In this document: piece by piece, positions 9,071 to 18,833 of the stretch
How positions within the stretch are numbered: the stretch's first letter is position 1
How the letters are laid out: each line of letters starts with the position of its first letter
Source of the DNA: PVC group bacterium
Lineage (GTDB): Bacteria; Auribacterota; Erginobacteria; Erginobacterales; Erginobacteraceae
Assembly: GCA_043804695.1 (NCBI GenBank)
Contig: JAZDIV010000001.1
Location: forward strand, 1-34,171
DNA length: 34,171 nucleotides
Direction of reading: 5' to 3'
Position numbers and translations under genes: made by a program
The notes under the pieces: model-generated
The model's database searches: none
Seen by the model: the letters and a program-made list of their open reading frames with translations, nothing else
Told to the model about the DNA's origin: nothing

Positions 9071-10288
9071 ATGAAATTCGTGGTTGTACTGGGCGACGGC
9101 ATGGCCGATTATCCCCTGGAGGAATTAAAGGGGCGGACACCGCTGGAAGCCGCGGCCACCCCCAACCTGGATCGGCTGGCCCGGGAAGGAGCCGGGGGAA
9201 GGTTGAAGACAGTCCCTGCCGGCCTGGACCCTGGAAGCGATGTGGCCAACCTTTCTATCCTGGGGTATAACCCCGCCCGCCAGTATACCGGCAGAGGGCC
9301 GCTGGAGGCGGCCAGCCTGGGGGTCAAACTGGAAGATGATGAAATCGCTTTCCGCTGCAACCTGGTGACCGCGGCCGACGGGCTGCTGAACGATTACAGC
9401 GCGGGCCATATCTCCTCCCGGGAGAGCGCGGTTCTGATGGCCGTCCTGGAGAAGCGCCTGGGGGGGCAGGGGATACGATTCTACCCCGGGAAGAGTTACC
9501 GCCACCTCCTGGTAGTCAAAGAACAGCTTCTGGATGACGGCCAGCGCTCCCTGAAAACAACCCCGCCGCATGATATCACCGGGCAGGCGCTGCAGCCCCA
9601 TCTGCCCCGCGGCCGCGGCGCCCATTTCCTGAACGACCTGATCGCTCAATCACGGGTGATCCTGGCCGATCAGGAAGTGAACGATATCCGGATCGATCTG
9701 GGGGAAAACCCGGCCAATATGATCTGGCCCTGGGGGGGAGGGAAACGCCCCCGCCTGGAGCCATTCCGGGAGAAATTCGGGCTGAACGGCGCGCTGATAT
9801 CGGCAGTTGACCTGCTGCAGGGGATCGCCCGGATCGTCGGGTTGCAGGTGATCGAAGTGCCGGGGGCCACGGGGTATTTCGACACCGATTATCAGGGGAA
9901 AGGCCGCGCCGCCATCAGCGCGCTGGAGACCTATGACCTGGTCTACCTTCATGTCGAGGCCCCCGATGAGGCGGGCCATGCCGGGAACATCGCCGAGAAG
10001 ATAAAAGCAATCGAACGGATCGACGAGCAGATCATCGGGCCTCTTTTAGCCCTCGGCCGGGAGAGACCGGAAATCCGGATCGCGGCGCTTCCCGACCATG
10101 CCACGCCGATCTCGATCCGATCCCATGTCGCGGACCCGGTTCCGTTCGCGATCTGGGGAACGGGGATCGAGGCCGATCAAATGACGGCTTTCAGCGAACA
10201 GGAAGCCCACCGCGGCCGTTTCCGGCAGCGGAGCGGGCATAAATTCATGTCTTTGCTTTTATCTTCCGGCATCAGCAAATCCGGTTAA
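9071..10288 (+). CDS. apgM: Cofactor-independent phosphoglycerate mutase family protein (ApgM-like; proposed homoserine kinase subgroup)
   Basis: GDGMAD, TPLEAAATPNLD, PGSDVANLSILGY, HVEAPDEAGH and DHATP metalloenzyme motifs. Confidence 0.85.
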   Translation: MKFVVVLGDGMADYPLEELKGRTPLEAAATPNLDRLAREGAGGRLKTVPAGLDPGSDVANLSILGYNPARQYTGRGPLEAASLGVKLEDDEIAFRCNLVTAADGLLNDYSAGHISSRESAVLMAVLEKRLGGQGIRFYPGKSYRHLLVVKEQLLDDGQRSLKTTPPHDITGQALQPHLPRGRGAHFLNDLIAQSRVILADQEVNDIRIDLGENPANMIWPWGGGKRPRLEPFREKFGLNGALISAVDLLQGIARIVGLQVIEVPGATGYFDTDYQGKGRAAISALETYDLVYLHVEAPDEAGHAGNIAEKIKAIERIDEQIIGPLLALGRERPEIRIAALPDHATPISIRSHVADPVPFAIWGTGIEADQMTAFSEQEAHRGRFRQRSGHKFMSLLLSSGISKSG

Positions 10289-10410
10289 CCCGATCTGACG
10301 ACAGATTAATCATCCCCCTGGACAGGAGCACGGCAACCCGGAAGAATTTATTCCGGTTGCGCTGTTGAGAGGAAAAATAAAACTAAAATTTTTCGGAGAA
10401 AAATTTTAAG

Positions 10411-11634
10411 ATGAACATCATCGTTCAGAAATACGGCGGGACATCGGTCGCCGACACCGCGCGGATTAACAACGTCGCCCGGCGGGTCTGCCGTTCAAAA
10501 TTGCCGGGACACGGTCTGGTGGTCGTGGTTTCGGCGATGGGGGACACGACCGACGACCTGATCCGGCAGGCTGAAGAGATACACCCCTCGCCCCCGGAAC
10601 GGGAGCTTGATCAGCTGATCTCCACCGGAGAGCAGATCTCCGCGGCGCTGCTCGCAATGGCGATTCAGCACGCCGGACACCGGGCCGTCTCCCTGACCGG
10701 GAACCAGGTGGGGATCCTGACGGACGACAGCCACACCAAAGCCCGGATCTTCAAGATCGATCCTCAAAAAATGCTGGAACTGCTGGAAGACGGCACGATC
10801 GTGGTGGTGGCCGGTTTCCAGGGGATCAACCTGAAGAAAGACGTCACCACTCTGGGGCGGGGCGGTTCCGATACCACGGCGGTCGCGCTGGCCGCGGTCC
10901 TGAAGGCCGAGCTCTGCGAAATCTACACCGATGTCGACGGGGTCTATACCGCCGATCCCCGGGTGGTGCCTCAAGCGGCCAAGATCAGCCAGATCAGCTA
11001 TGACGAGATGCTGGAACTGGCCAGCCTGGGAGCGAAGGTGCTCCAGAACCGGGCCGTGGAGTTCGCGAAAAAGTTTAACGTCGCCCTCCGGGTCCGGTCC
11101 AGTTTTACTGAAGATGAAGGAACACTTGTCACCGAGGAGGCAGATACCATGTCGATGGAGAAGGTCGTCATCAGGGGGGTAACCCTCAACCAGGAGGAGG
11201 CGAAGTTAACGATCACCCTGGTCCAGGATACCCCGGGGATCGCTGCCCGGATCTTCAAGAGCATCGCCGAAGCGAATATCAATGTTGACATGATCATCCA
11301 GAATGTCAGCGCGAAAGGATTTACCGACGTCTCGTTCACCATCCCCCGGCCGGATCTCGCGAAAACCAGGAAGCTCCTGGAAAAGATCTCGCTCGAGATT
11401 CGGGCCGGGGAGGTCACCGTGGAAGAAAAAATCGCCAAGGTCTCGGTCGTCGGTGTGGGGATGAAAAGTCACCCCGGGGTCGCGGCCATCATGTTCGAAG
11501 CACTGGCCGGGGAAGGGATCAACATCATGATGATCAGCACCTCCGAGATCAAGATTTCCTGCGTGGTGCGGGAGGAAGACGGCGAGAAGGCGGCGCGGGC
11601 TATTCATACGGCGTTTGGATTAGATCAGGAGTAG
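10411..11634 (+). CDS. lysC: Aspartate kinase
   Basis: [45 protein letters not shown] and two ACT domains. Confidence 0.97.
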   Translation: MNIIVQKYGGTSVADTARINNVARRVCRSKLPGHGLVVVVSAMGDTTDDLIRQAEEIHPSPPERELDQLISTGEQISAALLAMAIQHAGHRAVSLTGNQVGILTDDSHTKARIFKIDPQKMLELLEDGTIVVVAGFQGINLKKDVTTLGRGGSDTTAVALAAVLKAELCEIYTDVDGVYTADPRVVPQAAKISQISYDEMLELASLGAKVLQNRAVEFAKKFNVALRVRSSFTEDEGTLVTEEADTMSMEKVVIRGVTLNQEEAKLTITLVQDTPGIAARIFKSIAEANINVDMIIQNVSAKGFTDVSFTIPRPDLAKTRKLLEKISLEIRAGEVTVEEKIAKVSVVGVGMKSHPGVAAIMFEALAGEGINIMMISTSEIKISCVVREEDGEKAARAIHTAFGLDQE

Positions 11635-11659
11635 TATATTTATAGCCGACGCTCATTCC

Positions 11660-11723
11660 CTCGTTCCCACGCTCCGCGTGGGAACGTAAGGCTAAGCGTT
11701 ACCACGCGGAGCGTGGTAACGAG
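11660..11723. repeat. REP-like inverted doublet
   Basis: CTCGTTCCCACGC-TCC-GCGTGGGAACG followed by the inverted partner CGTTACCACGC-GGA-GCGTGGTAACGAG; each half is itself a hairpin. Confidence 0.85.
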
Positions 11724-11724
11724 T

Positions 11725-12063
11725 TACAATAATAAACAGATCATAAATCCAAATTCTAAATTACAAACCCGCCTGACAGAGCAGAGGGCTTGCCGAAGCG
11801 CTATGCCAAATGGCATAGGCTTTGTAATGGGGTTGAGAGTAAATCCCTGCGTTTTAGCGAATTGTTTTGAATTTTTGTCAGCCGACTTCGCCATAGTAGC
11901 CTTCGGGCTACGACGGCTGAATTGTGATCTGGAATTTGTTTGTTATTTTCAGCCGGAGGCTTCAGCCTGAGGCTGATCCGCCTCTGGAGGAGATCAGCCT
12001 TTGGCTGAGGTGCTTCCGTCTTCGCTCTTCGAGCTTCGCCGGACAAGTGGGATTTGGAATTTT
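11725..12063. repeat. 7-nt-period foldback element interrupted by nested micro-palindromes
   Basis: A-rich arm AAATCCA AATTCTA AATTACA and T-rich arm TTGTGATCTGGAATTTGTTTGTTATTT...GGGATTTGGAATTT, broken by TCAGCC-N3-GGCTGA and CTTCGC..GCTTCG units. Confidence 0.7.
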
Positions 12064-12089
12064 AAAACAAGATAGACAGGTATCGTATC

Positions 12090-13718
12090 ATGACGAAAAA
12101 ACAAAAAGTAATTCTATATGATACTACTTTACGCGACGGCGGCCAGGCGGAAGGAATCAGCTTTTCCCTCCCCGACAAACTGAGAATCGCCTCGCGTCTC
12201 GACCAGCTCGGCATCGGCTACATCGAGGGGGGCTGGCCCGGTTCCAACCCGAAGGACATGGCTTTTTTCACGGAAATCAGGCGCCGGACATTGCGGCAGG
12301 CCAGGATCGTCGCCTTCGGGAGCACCCGGCGAGCGGGATTGAAAGTGGAAAAGGATGAGAACGTCGCCTCCCTGCTGGCTTCCCGAACCCCGGCGGTCGC
12401 GGTTTTCGGAAAGAGCTGGCTGCTTCATGTCAGCGGGGTTTTGCGGGTCTCGCCGGAGACCAATCTCGCCATGATCGGGGAGACGCTCTCCTATCTAAAA
12501 TCGAAGGGCCGGGAGATCATCTATGACGCGGAGCATTTCTTCGACGGAGCTAAGGATGACCCCGGGTACGCGCGGGCGACTCTCCGGGCGGCGGCGGACG
12601 CCGGGGCTGATTTCCTGGTTCTCTGCGACACGAACGGCGGATGCCTCCCGGAAGAGGTCTTCTCCATCACCAGGGAAATCGCGAAACAATTCCCCCTCCG
12701 GCTGGGAATCCACGCCCACAACGACGCCGGCCTGGGGGTGGCGAATTCCCTGGCGGCGGTCCGGGCCGGCGCCGTCATAGTCCAGGGAACCATCAACGGC
12801 TACGGGGAGCGGACCGGGAACGCGAATCTCTGCACAATCATTCCCAATTTGGTCCTGAAGATGAACCGTCCCGCCCTCAGCCGGCGCCGGCTGAAAAAAC
12901 TCGGGGAGGTGTCCCGGTTTGTCGACGAGCTGGCCAACATAACACCGAATATCCGGGCTCCCTTCATCGGGGCCAGCGCTTTTGCCCACAAAGGCGGGAT
13001 GCACGTGGACGCGGTCCGGAAAAATCCGAAGACCTTCGAGCACATCGACCCGGCCGCCGTCGGCAACCGCCGCCGGATCCTGATCTCGGAGCTTTCCGGG
13101 AAAAGCAATGTGGTGCTCAAGGCCGTCGAGTTCGGCGTTGACCTGGGAAAGGATACCCCGGAGACCCGGACGATCCTGGATGAACTGAAGCGCCTGGGAG
13201 AGGAGGGGTACGAGTTCGAAGGGGCCGATGCGTCGTTCCGGATTTTAATCCAGAAGGCGCTGGGCAAGCACAAAACATTTTTTGAGCTGGAAGGTTTCCG
13301 GGTGATCGTGGAGAAACGGAAGAACGAGCCGTCCATCTCCGAGGCGACCATCAAGATCAAGGTCGGGGGAGTCAGCGAGCTGTCCGCCGGGGAGGGGGAC
13401 GGCCCCGTGAACGCCCTTGACAACGCTCTCAGAAAAGTCCTTCTGCGGTTCTATCCTCAGATCAAGGAAGTTCACCTGGCTGATTTCAAGGTCAGGGACC
13501 TGGACACCGCGGCCGGAACCGCCGCCCGGGTGAGGGTGCTGATCCAGTCCCGGGATGATGAAGGGATCTGGGGAACGGTGGGGGTCTCTGAAAACATCAT
13601 CGAGGCCAGCTGGCAGGCCCTGGTTGACAGCGTCGATTACAAGCTTCTGAAAGACAGGAAGAGAATGACGAAGTCCGACCCGAAAAATAATCTTCGATCA
13701 TCTCGGGTTAAAAAATGA
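12090..13718 (+). CDS. cimA: Citramalate synthase
   Basis: YDTTLRDGGQAEG, IEGGWPGSNPKD, YDAEHFFDG, HAHND, GYGERTGNANL, AFAHKGGMH and GPVNALD. Confidence 0.93.
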   Translation: MTKKQKVILYDTTLRDGGQAEGISFSLPDKLRIASRLDQLGIGYIEGGWPGSNPKDMAFFTEIRRRTLRQARIVAFGSTRRAGLKVEKDENVASLLASRTPAVAVFGKSWLLHVSGVLRVSPETNLAMIGETLSYLKSKGREIIYDAEHFFDGAKDDPGYARATLRAAADAGADFLVLCDTNGGCLPEEVFSITREIAKQFPLRLGIHAHNDAGLGVANSLAAVRAGAVIVQGTINGYGERTGNANLCTIIPNLVLKMNRPALSRRRLKKLGEVSRFVDELANITPNIRAPFIGASAFAHKGGMHVDAVRKNPKTFEHIDPAAVGNRRRILISELSGKSNVVLKAVEFGVDLGKDTPETRTILDELKRLGEEGYEFEGADASFRILIQKALGKHKTFFELEGFRVIVEKRKNEPSISEATIKIKVGGVSELSAGEGDGPVNALDNALRKVLLRFYPQIKEVHLADFKVRDLDTAAGTAARVRVLIQSRDDEGIWGTVGVSENIIEASWQALVDSVDYKLLKDRKRMTKSDPKNNLRSSRVKK

Positions 13719-13829
13719 CGAATGACGGAGAATGACCGGATTTTTCGATTCAATCTCCCTCCCGATTTTGACAGCCCCGAGGGTATAGTTATTAATCCGA
13801 CCGTTATAGTATTTGCATCAACAATTGAG

Positions 13830-13908
13830 GTCATTGCGAGCGAAGCGAAGCAATCTCTTGTTGTGCATAGGGTTGGGATTGCTTCGTCGCTTCGCTCCTC
13901 GCAATGAC
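13830..13908. repeat. GTCATTGCGAG...CTCGCAATGAC palindromic element
   Basis: GTCATTGCGAGCGAAGCGAAGCAATCTC ... GGGATTGCTTCGTCGCTTCGCTCCTCGCAATGAC; perfect 11-bp terminal IR plus inner GAAGCAATC/GATTGCTTC. Confidence 0.9.
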
Positions 13909-13944
13909 GCATCCATACAATTATGTACCGACTAATAAAAGCTG

Positions 13945-16593
13945 ATGACACCTGAAAATAATCCTATCTCCGCCTGGCCGACCCGCTATGACCCGAAACG
14001 GGTGGAAAGTTCAATCTACCGGCTCTGGCAGGAGAACGGCTGCTTCATGGCTTCCCCCGGCGGCGCCGATCCGTATGTCATTGTCATCCCGCCGCCCAAC
14101 ATCACGGGAATCCTGACCATGGGACATGTCCTGAACAACACCCTCCAGGATATCCTTGTCCGCTGGCAGAGGATGCGGGGGCGGGAAACGCTCTGGCTCC
14201 CCGGCACCGACCATGCGGGGATCGCCACCCAGAACGTAGTGGAGAAGAAGCTGGAGGAAGAGGGGATCACCCGGGAAGGGCTGGGCCGGAAGCAGTTCGT
14301 GCGGCGGGTGTGGGAATGGAAAAAGCAGTACGGCGGGACGATCATAAAACAGTTAAAGGAACTGGGCTGTTCCTGCGACTGGTCGCGGGAGCGTTTTACC
14401 CTCGACCCCGGCCTCTCCCGGGCGGTGAGAGAGGTCTTCATTACGCTCTACCGGAAAGGACTGATCTACCGGGGGCCCTACCTGATCAACTGGTGTCCGC
14501 GCTGCCACACGGCCCTCTCCGACGAAGAGGTCGAGCATGACGAGAAAAGCGGATCTCTCTGGCACATCCGCTATCCTCTCCGGGACGGCGGCGGCTGGAT
14601 CACGGTCGCGACGACGCGCCCGGAGACCATGCTGGGGGACACCGCGGTGGCGGTCCATCCCGATGACCGCCGGTTCCGTTCCCTGATCGGGAAGACGGTT
14701 GTCCTTCCCTTCGTCCGGCGCGAGATCCCGGTTATCGCCGATGAGTTTGTCGACCCGAGTTTCGGGACCGGGGCGGTCAAGGTCACCCCGGCCCATGATC
14801 CCAATGACTTCGCGCTCGGACGCCGCCACGGCCTCCCCGAGGTGGTGGTGATGAACACCTCGGCCAGGATGAACGAGAAGGCGGGACCGGATTTTAACGG
14901 GATGGACCGGTTTGAATGCCGCCAGAAGCTGGTGATCATGCTGAAGGAACTGGACCTGCTGGAGAAGGTCGAGGAACATGCCCACGCCGTCGGGGAATGT
15001 TACCGGTGTCGGACCGTCATTGAGCCGTATCTTTCCGTCCAGTGGTTCGTCCGCATGAAACCCCTGGCGGAACCGGCTCTCCGGGCGGTCCGGGAAGGCG
15101 CCGTGACCTTCTACCCCGAGCGCTGGGTGAAAGTCTACGAGCACTGGATGGAGAACATCCGCGATTGGTGCATCAGCCGGCAATTGTGGTGGGGGCACCG
15201 GATCCCCGCCTGGTACCGCAAAGACGAGATTTACGTCGGCGAGGCCCCTCCCGGGGGAGAAGGATGGGTGCAGGACGAAGACGTTCTCGACACCTGGTTC
15301 TCCTCCTGGCTCTGGCCCTTCTCCACGCTCGGCTGGCCCGATCCGACTCCCGATCTGAAGGCCTTTTATCCCACCTCCGTCCTGGTCACGGGCCCCGACA
15401 TCATCTTTTTCTGGGTGGCCCGGATGATCATGGCGGGCCTGGAATTCCGGGGCGAAGTTCCTTTCCGCCAGGTCTTCTTCACCGGGATCATCCGGGACAT
15501 GGACGGGCGGAAGATGAGCAAATCCCTGGGCAATTCCCCGGACCCGCTCGACGTGATCGGGGAATACGGGGCAGACGCCCTCCGCTTCACCATCGCCCGG
15601 CTCTCCCCGATCGGGCAGGACGTCCACTACTCGAACTCCCTGTGCGAGCTGGGAAGAAACTTCGCCAACAAGATCTGGAACGCCGCCCGGTTCGTGGCGG
15701 CGGGGATAGAGGGCCGGAAGGTCCTCGACCCGCGCCGGCACCTCTCTCTGCTCTCCCTGGATGACCGGTACATCCTCGACCGCCTGCAGCGGACGATCGA
15801 GGAATGCGGGGACGCCCTGAGCCGGTTTCACTTCAACGAGGCCGCGCTCGGCCTCCATGATTTTTTCTGGAGCCATTTCTGCGACCGCTACCTGGAAAGC
15901 GCCAAATCCTTACTCGGGGGGGAGGACGGCGACCGGCCGGCGGTCGTCCGGGGGGTGCTCCTCGAATCGCTCACCGTTTCCCTGCGGCTCCTTCACCCGT
16001 TCATGCCTTTCATCACCGAGAGGATCTGGCAGTTGCTCGGGAAGGAATCGCTCCTGATCCGGTCTCCCTGGCCCCGGGCGAAGAAAGAACTGTGCTTCCC
16101 GGAAGCCAGGGATCCGGCCGGGCTGAAATACGATCTGATCAGCGCCGCCCGCAACCTGCGGAAAGACTATGAACTGCCCGCCTCGCGGCAGGTGTCGTTC
16201 ATCATCGTTCCCCGGGAGAACTCTCTCCCGGGGATCCTGGCCGGGGAGGCGGAGAACATGGGGGCGCTGATTAAAAATTGCCGTGTTTCCATCGAACCCC
16301 GTTATCAGTCGCCCCGGACCGTGCCTTCAACCATGGTCGGGGGATGGGGGATCTACATGCCTCTCGAGGGAGTGATCGACCTTGACGCGGAGCGGGAACG
16401 ATTCGGGAAGAAGCTGGCCCGGGCCGGGGAGGCGCTGGAGCGGGTCCAGGCGCGGCTCCGGAACCCTGATTTCCTCTCCCGGGCACCGGAGGAGATCAAA
16501 AAGAAGAATCGGGATCAGCTGGAGGAGCTGACCCGGGAAGTCGCGTCCCTGAAGAAGATACTCTCCACTCTTATTTTTCCGGAGGAAAAATAA
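13945..16593 (+). CDS. valS: Valine--tRNA ligase
   Basis: PPPNITGILTMGH, GTDHAGIATQ, ATTRPETMLGD, DWCISRQLWWGH, KMSKS and C-terminal coiled coil. Confidence 0.98.
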   Translation: MTPENNPISAWPTRYDPKRVESSIYRLWQENGCFMASPGGADPYVIVIPPPNITGILTMGHVLNNTLQDILVRWQRMRGRETLWLPGTDHAGIATQNVVEKKLEEEGITREGLGRKQFVRRVWEWKKQYGGTIIKQLKELGCSCDWSRERFTLDPGLSRAVREVFITLYRKGLIYRGPYLINWCPRCHTALSDEEVEHDEKSGSLWHIRYPLRDGGGWITVATTRPETMLGDTAVAVHPDDRRFRSLIGKTVVLPFVRREIPVIADEFVDPSFGTGAVKVTPAHDPNDFALGRRHGLPEVVVMNTSARMNEKAGPDFNGMDRFECRQKLVIMLKELDLLEKVEEHAHAVGECYRCRTVIEPYLSVQWFVRMKPLAEPALRAVREGAVTFYPERWVKVYEHWMENIRDWCISRQLWWGHRIPAWYRKDEIYVGEAPPGGEGWVQDEDVLDTWFSSWLWPFSTLGWPDPTPDLKAFYPTSVLVTGPDIIFFWVARMIMAGLEFRGEVPFRQVFFTGIIRDMDGRKMSKSLGNSPDPLDVIGEYGADALRFTIARLSPIGQDVHYSNSLCELGRNFANKIWNAARFVAAGIEGRKVLDPRRHLSLLSLDDRYILDRLQRTIEECGDALSRFHFNEAALGLHDFFWSHFCDRYLESAKSLLGGEDGDRPAVVRGVLLESLTVSLRLLHPFMPFITERIWQLLGKESLLIRSPWPRAKKELCFPEARDPAGLKYDLISAARNLRKDYELPASRQVSFIIVPRENSLPGILAGEAENMGALIKNCRVSIEPRYQSPRTVPSTMVGGWGIYMPLEGVIDLDAERERFGKKLARAGEALERVQARLRNPDFLSRAPEEIKKKNRDQLEELTREVASLKKILSTLIFPEEK

Positions 16594-16708
16594 GAGAAGG
16601 ACCAACTTGTGTTATCCATAACGTGCAGTTGAAGTGGAATATGTTGGTTGTGGTGAGGAATACTTCTTACGATGTCGCCTCCAGGATTCAGCTTTTGTTT
16701 AAACAACA

Positions 16709-16761
16709 GACCCGACGAAGTCGGGTCCCCTATTAAGTAGCGCCGAAGGCGCTAATTAATA
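16709..16761. repeat. Two tandem C-GAA-G triloop hairpins ahead of nadC
   Basis: GACCCGAC-GAA-GTCGGGTC (16709-16727) and TATTAAGTAGCGCC-GAA-GGCGCTAATTAATA (16731-16761). Confidence 0.85.
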
Positions 16762-16763
16762 AA

Positions 16764-17621
16764 ATGAATTTTGAAATTTTCCGCGTTCTGGTCCAGCAGG
16801 CTCTGGCCGAAGACATCGGCGCCGGAGATATCACCACCACTGCGCTCATCCCTCCCGAAGCCCGGGTCAGGGCGGCCATCGTTGCCCGACAGAAGCTGGT
16901 GGCGGCAGGGCTCCCCCTGGCCAAGATGGTTTTCACCGAACTGGATCCGGGCCTCTCCTGTCTCAGTCAGGTTGCGGAGGGGGGGACGGCGGAGGCAGGA
17001 GCCGTTCTGATGCGTCTTGAGGGGAGAGCCCGCCCGATCCTGACCGGCGAAAGAACCGCGCTGAATTTTCTCCAGCACCTCTGCGGAATTGCCACCCATA
17101 CCGCCCGGTTCGTGGCCACGGTTAAAGAGAGCCGGACTGTCATCCTCGATACGCGGAAAACGATCCCCGGGCTCCGCAAGCTCCAGAAATACGCGGTCCT
17201 GATGGGGGGCGGCGAGAATCATCGTTTCGGCCTTTATGATTCCGTCCTCATCAAAGACAATCACCTGGCAGTGGTCGCCGGCGACGGGGTCGGAAAAATC
17301 CAGCGGGCCATCCGGTTGAGCCGGGGCGCCCTTCCCCGCTGGGGGGTCGAGATCGAAGTGGAGACCGTGGAAGAAATGCGGGAGGCCCTGGAGGCAGGCG
17401 CGGAAGCAATCCTCCTCGATAATTTTTCTCCGGAAGAACTGGCGGAAGCGGTGACGCTGGCCGGGGGCAGGGTCCGCCTGGAAGCATCCGGCGGACTCGA
17501 TCTGGAGTCCGTCTTCGCGGCAGCGGCAACGGGGGTAGACTGCATTTCACTGGGCTGCCTTACCCATTCCGCTCCGGCCGCCGACATCGCCCTTGATCTG
17601 GAGCCGGACTCCTCCCATTAA
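16764..17621 (+). CDS. nadC: Nicotinate-nucleotide pyrophosphorylase (carboxylating)
   Basis: ALAEDIGAGDIT, ERTALNFL, DTRKTIPG, NHRFGLYD, IKDNH, LLDNF and EASGG. Confidence 0.97.
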   Translation: MNFEIFRVLVQQALAEDIGAGDITTTALIPPEARVRAAIVARQKLVAAGLPLAKMVFTELDPGLSCLSQVAEGGTAEAGAVLMRLEGRARPILTGERTALNFLQHLCGIATHTARFVATVKESRTVILDTRKTIPGLRKLQKYAVLMGGGENHRFGLYDSVLIKDNHLAVVAGDGVGKIQRAIRLSRGALPRWGVEIEVETVEEMREALEAGAEAILLDNFSPEELAEAVTLAGGRVRLEASGGLDLESVFAAAATGVDCISLGCLTHSAPAADIALDLEPDSSH

Positions 17622-17643
17622 CCTGCCGCTTCGGAATTTAATA

Positions 17644-18465
17644 ATGAATCATCCGCGGGCGTCGGCCCACACGCCAAAAAGAATCCTCACTCTTGACCTC
17701 GGGAATACCGCCCTGACCGCGGGGCTCTGGGATGGGGGCGTTCCGGCAGATGCCTGGTCATCGCCCTTCCGCGCCCAGTCCCTGCGGAAGCGCTTGCAGG
17801 TTCTCCGGCAGGAGCGGGGGGTCGACTCGGCAATCCTGGCCTCCGTGGTGCCCGCGCGGAACCGGGCGATCCTCGACATCTGCCGGGATGTTCTCGGCCT
17901 TGAATGCTCGGTCCTTGACTCGAAGACGCCGACCGGCCTCACGATTCTGTACCTCAATCCGGAACAGGTGGGGGCGGACCGGATCGCGAACGCGGTGGGG
18001 GCCTTTCATCGCTGCGGGGGGCCGGTGATCGCGGTGGATTTCGGGACCGCGATCACCTTCGATGTGGTTTCGGACGCATTCGAGTACCTGGGCGGCGTAA
18101 TCGCTCCCGGCCTCGTGATCTCAACCGAGGCTCTCTTCAAAAAAGCCGCGCTCCTGCCGAAAGTAAAAATCTCCATCCCCGGGCGGGTCCTGGGCCGGGA
18201 GACCTCGGAATCGATCCGCTCCGGGGTGTACTGGGGGACACTGGGACTGGTGGATCGGATTATCCGGGAACTGAAAAAAGAACTGGGGTGGGGGAGGGAA
18301 ACCAGGCTGGTCGCCACCGGGGGATACGCGGGTTTGATTTTATCCCGCTCCCGTCTGATCAGAGAGATCGACCCCCTCCTGACCCTCCGCGGCCTTTATC
18401 TGATCGCTCAAAAAATATCGCCACTAAGGCACGAAGACACTAAAAAAATAAAAAGTGAAAGTTAG
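17644..18465 (+). CDS. coaX: Type III pantothenate kinase
   Basis: DLGNT, VGADRIAN, VDFGTAITFD, YLGGVIAPG and ATGG. Confidence 0.95.
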   Translation: MNHPRASAHTPKRILTLDLGNTALTAGLWDGGVPADAWSSPFRAQSLRKRLQVLRQERGVDSAILASVVPARNRAILDICRDVLGLECSVLDSKTPTGLTILYLNPEQVGADRIANAVGAFHRCGGPVIAVDFGTAITFDVVSDAFEYLGGVIAPGLVISTEALFKKAALLPKVKISIPGRVLGRETSESIRSGVYWGTLGLVDRIIRELKKELGWGRETRLVATGGYAGLILSRSRLIREIDPLLTLRGLYLIAQKISPLRHEDTKKIKSES

Positions 18466-18543
18466 AACATAGCGCCTTCGGCGCTAACTTTTTGTTTTGG
18501 CAAAGCCCGGGGATTGAATGGATGGGGTGATTATCCTCAAAGT

Positions 18544-18674
18544 GCATATCAGGTTATCAGCATATCAGTGGGAAGAATACTAGGGTATCAGGTTATCAGG
18601 CGCGGCCGGCTCCCCTACCTGATCTCCTGATATTCTGATACCCTTCCTACTGGTCCCCTGATTTTCTGATACAC
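18544..18674. repeat. ATCAGG/CCTGAT foldback element, copy 2 (inverted relative to 4027-4152)
   Basis: Reverse complement aligns colinearly with 4027-4152 (ATCAGGGGA.CAG.AGGAAGG.TATCAG...ATCAGGAGATCAGG...CCGGCCGC.CCTGAT.ACCTG...CTGATAACCTGATAT). Confidence 0.85.
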
Positions 18675-18775
18675 TTAATTAGTTCTTATCCCTCGGCCCA
18701 ACCAATGATTACACTTTAATTCGATTTTGATTTATTGAAATTCCGAAGCAGGAACTTAGCGCCTTCGGCGCGACT

Positions 18776-18833
18776 TCGTAGCGGCGACCGTCAGGTCGCC
18801 ACAATCTTGGCAGCCTGAAGGCTGCCGCTACGA
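18776..18833. repeat. GTAG-family REP doublet
   Basis: TCGTAGCGGCGACC-GTCA-GGTCGCC ... GGCAGCC-TGAA-GGCTGCCGCTACGA; GTAG/CTAC feet flank two hairpins. Confidence 0.8.

Noticed and set aside
7642..9102. 486-aa minus-strand ORF
   Set aside because: Antisense shadow of hom running into the tRNA; no recognisable motifs; long shadow ORFs are common in GC-rich genes.
10289..10410. Lysine riboswitch ahead of lysC
   Set aside because: The spacer is about 120 nt, too short, and shows just one simple hairpin (GCAACCCGGAA..TTCCGGTTGC) plus the start-codon hairpin.
11713..12121. Short ORFs in the lysC-cimA spacer
   Set aside because: Translations of repeat DNA with no RBS or protein-like features.
13719..13944. 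T-box leader for valS (likewise before alaS)
   Set aside because: No GGTGGNACCGCG T-box sequence; the spacers are explained by repeats.
13637..13951. ORFs containing RHCEERSDEAI / VIASEAKQS
   Set aside because: These peptides are translations of the GTCATTGCGAG palindromic element, not genes.
14353..15876. 507-aa minus-strand ORF
   Set aside because: Antisense shadow of valS.
16612..16620. DnaA-box-like TTATCCATA
   Set aside because: Single mismatched box with no cluster or dnaA context.
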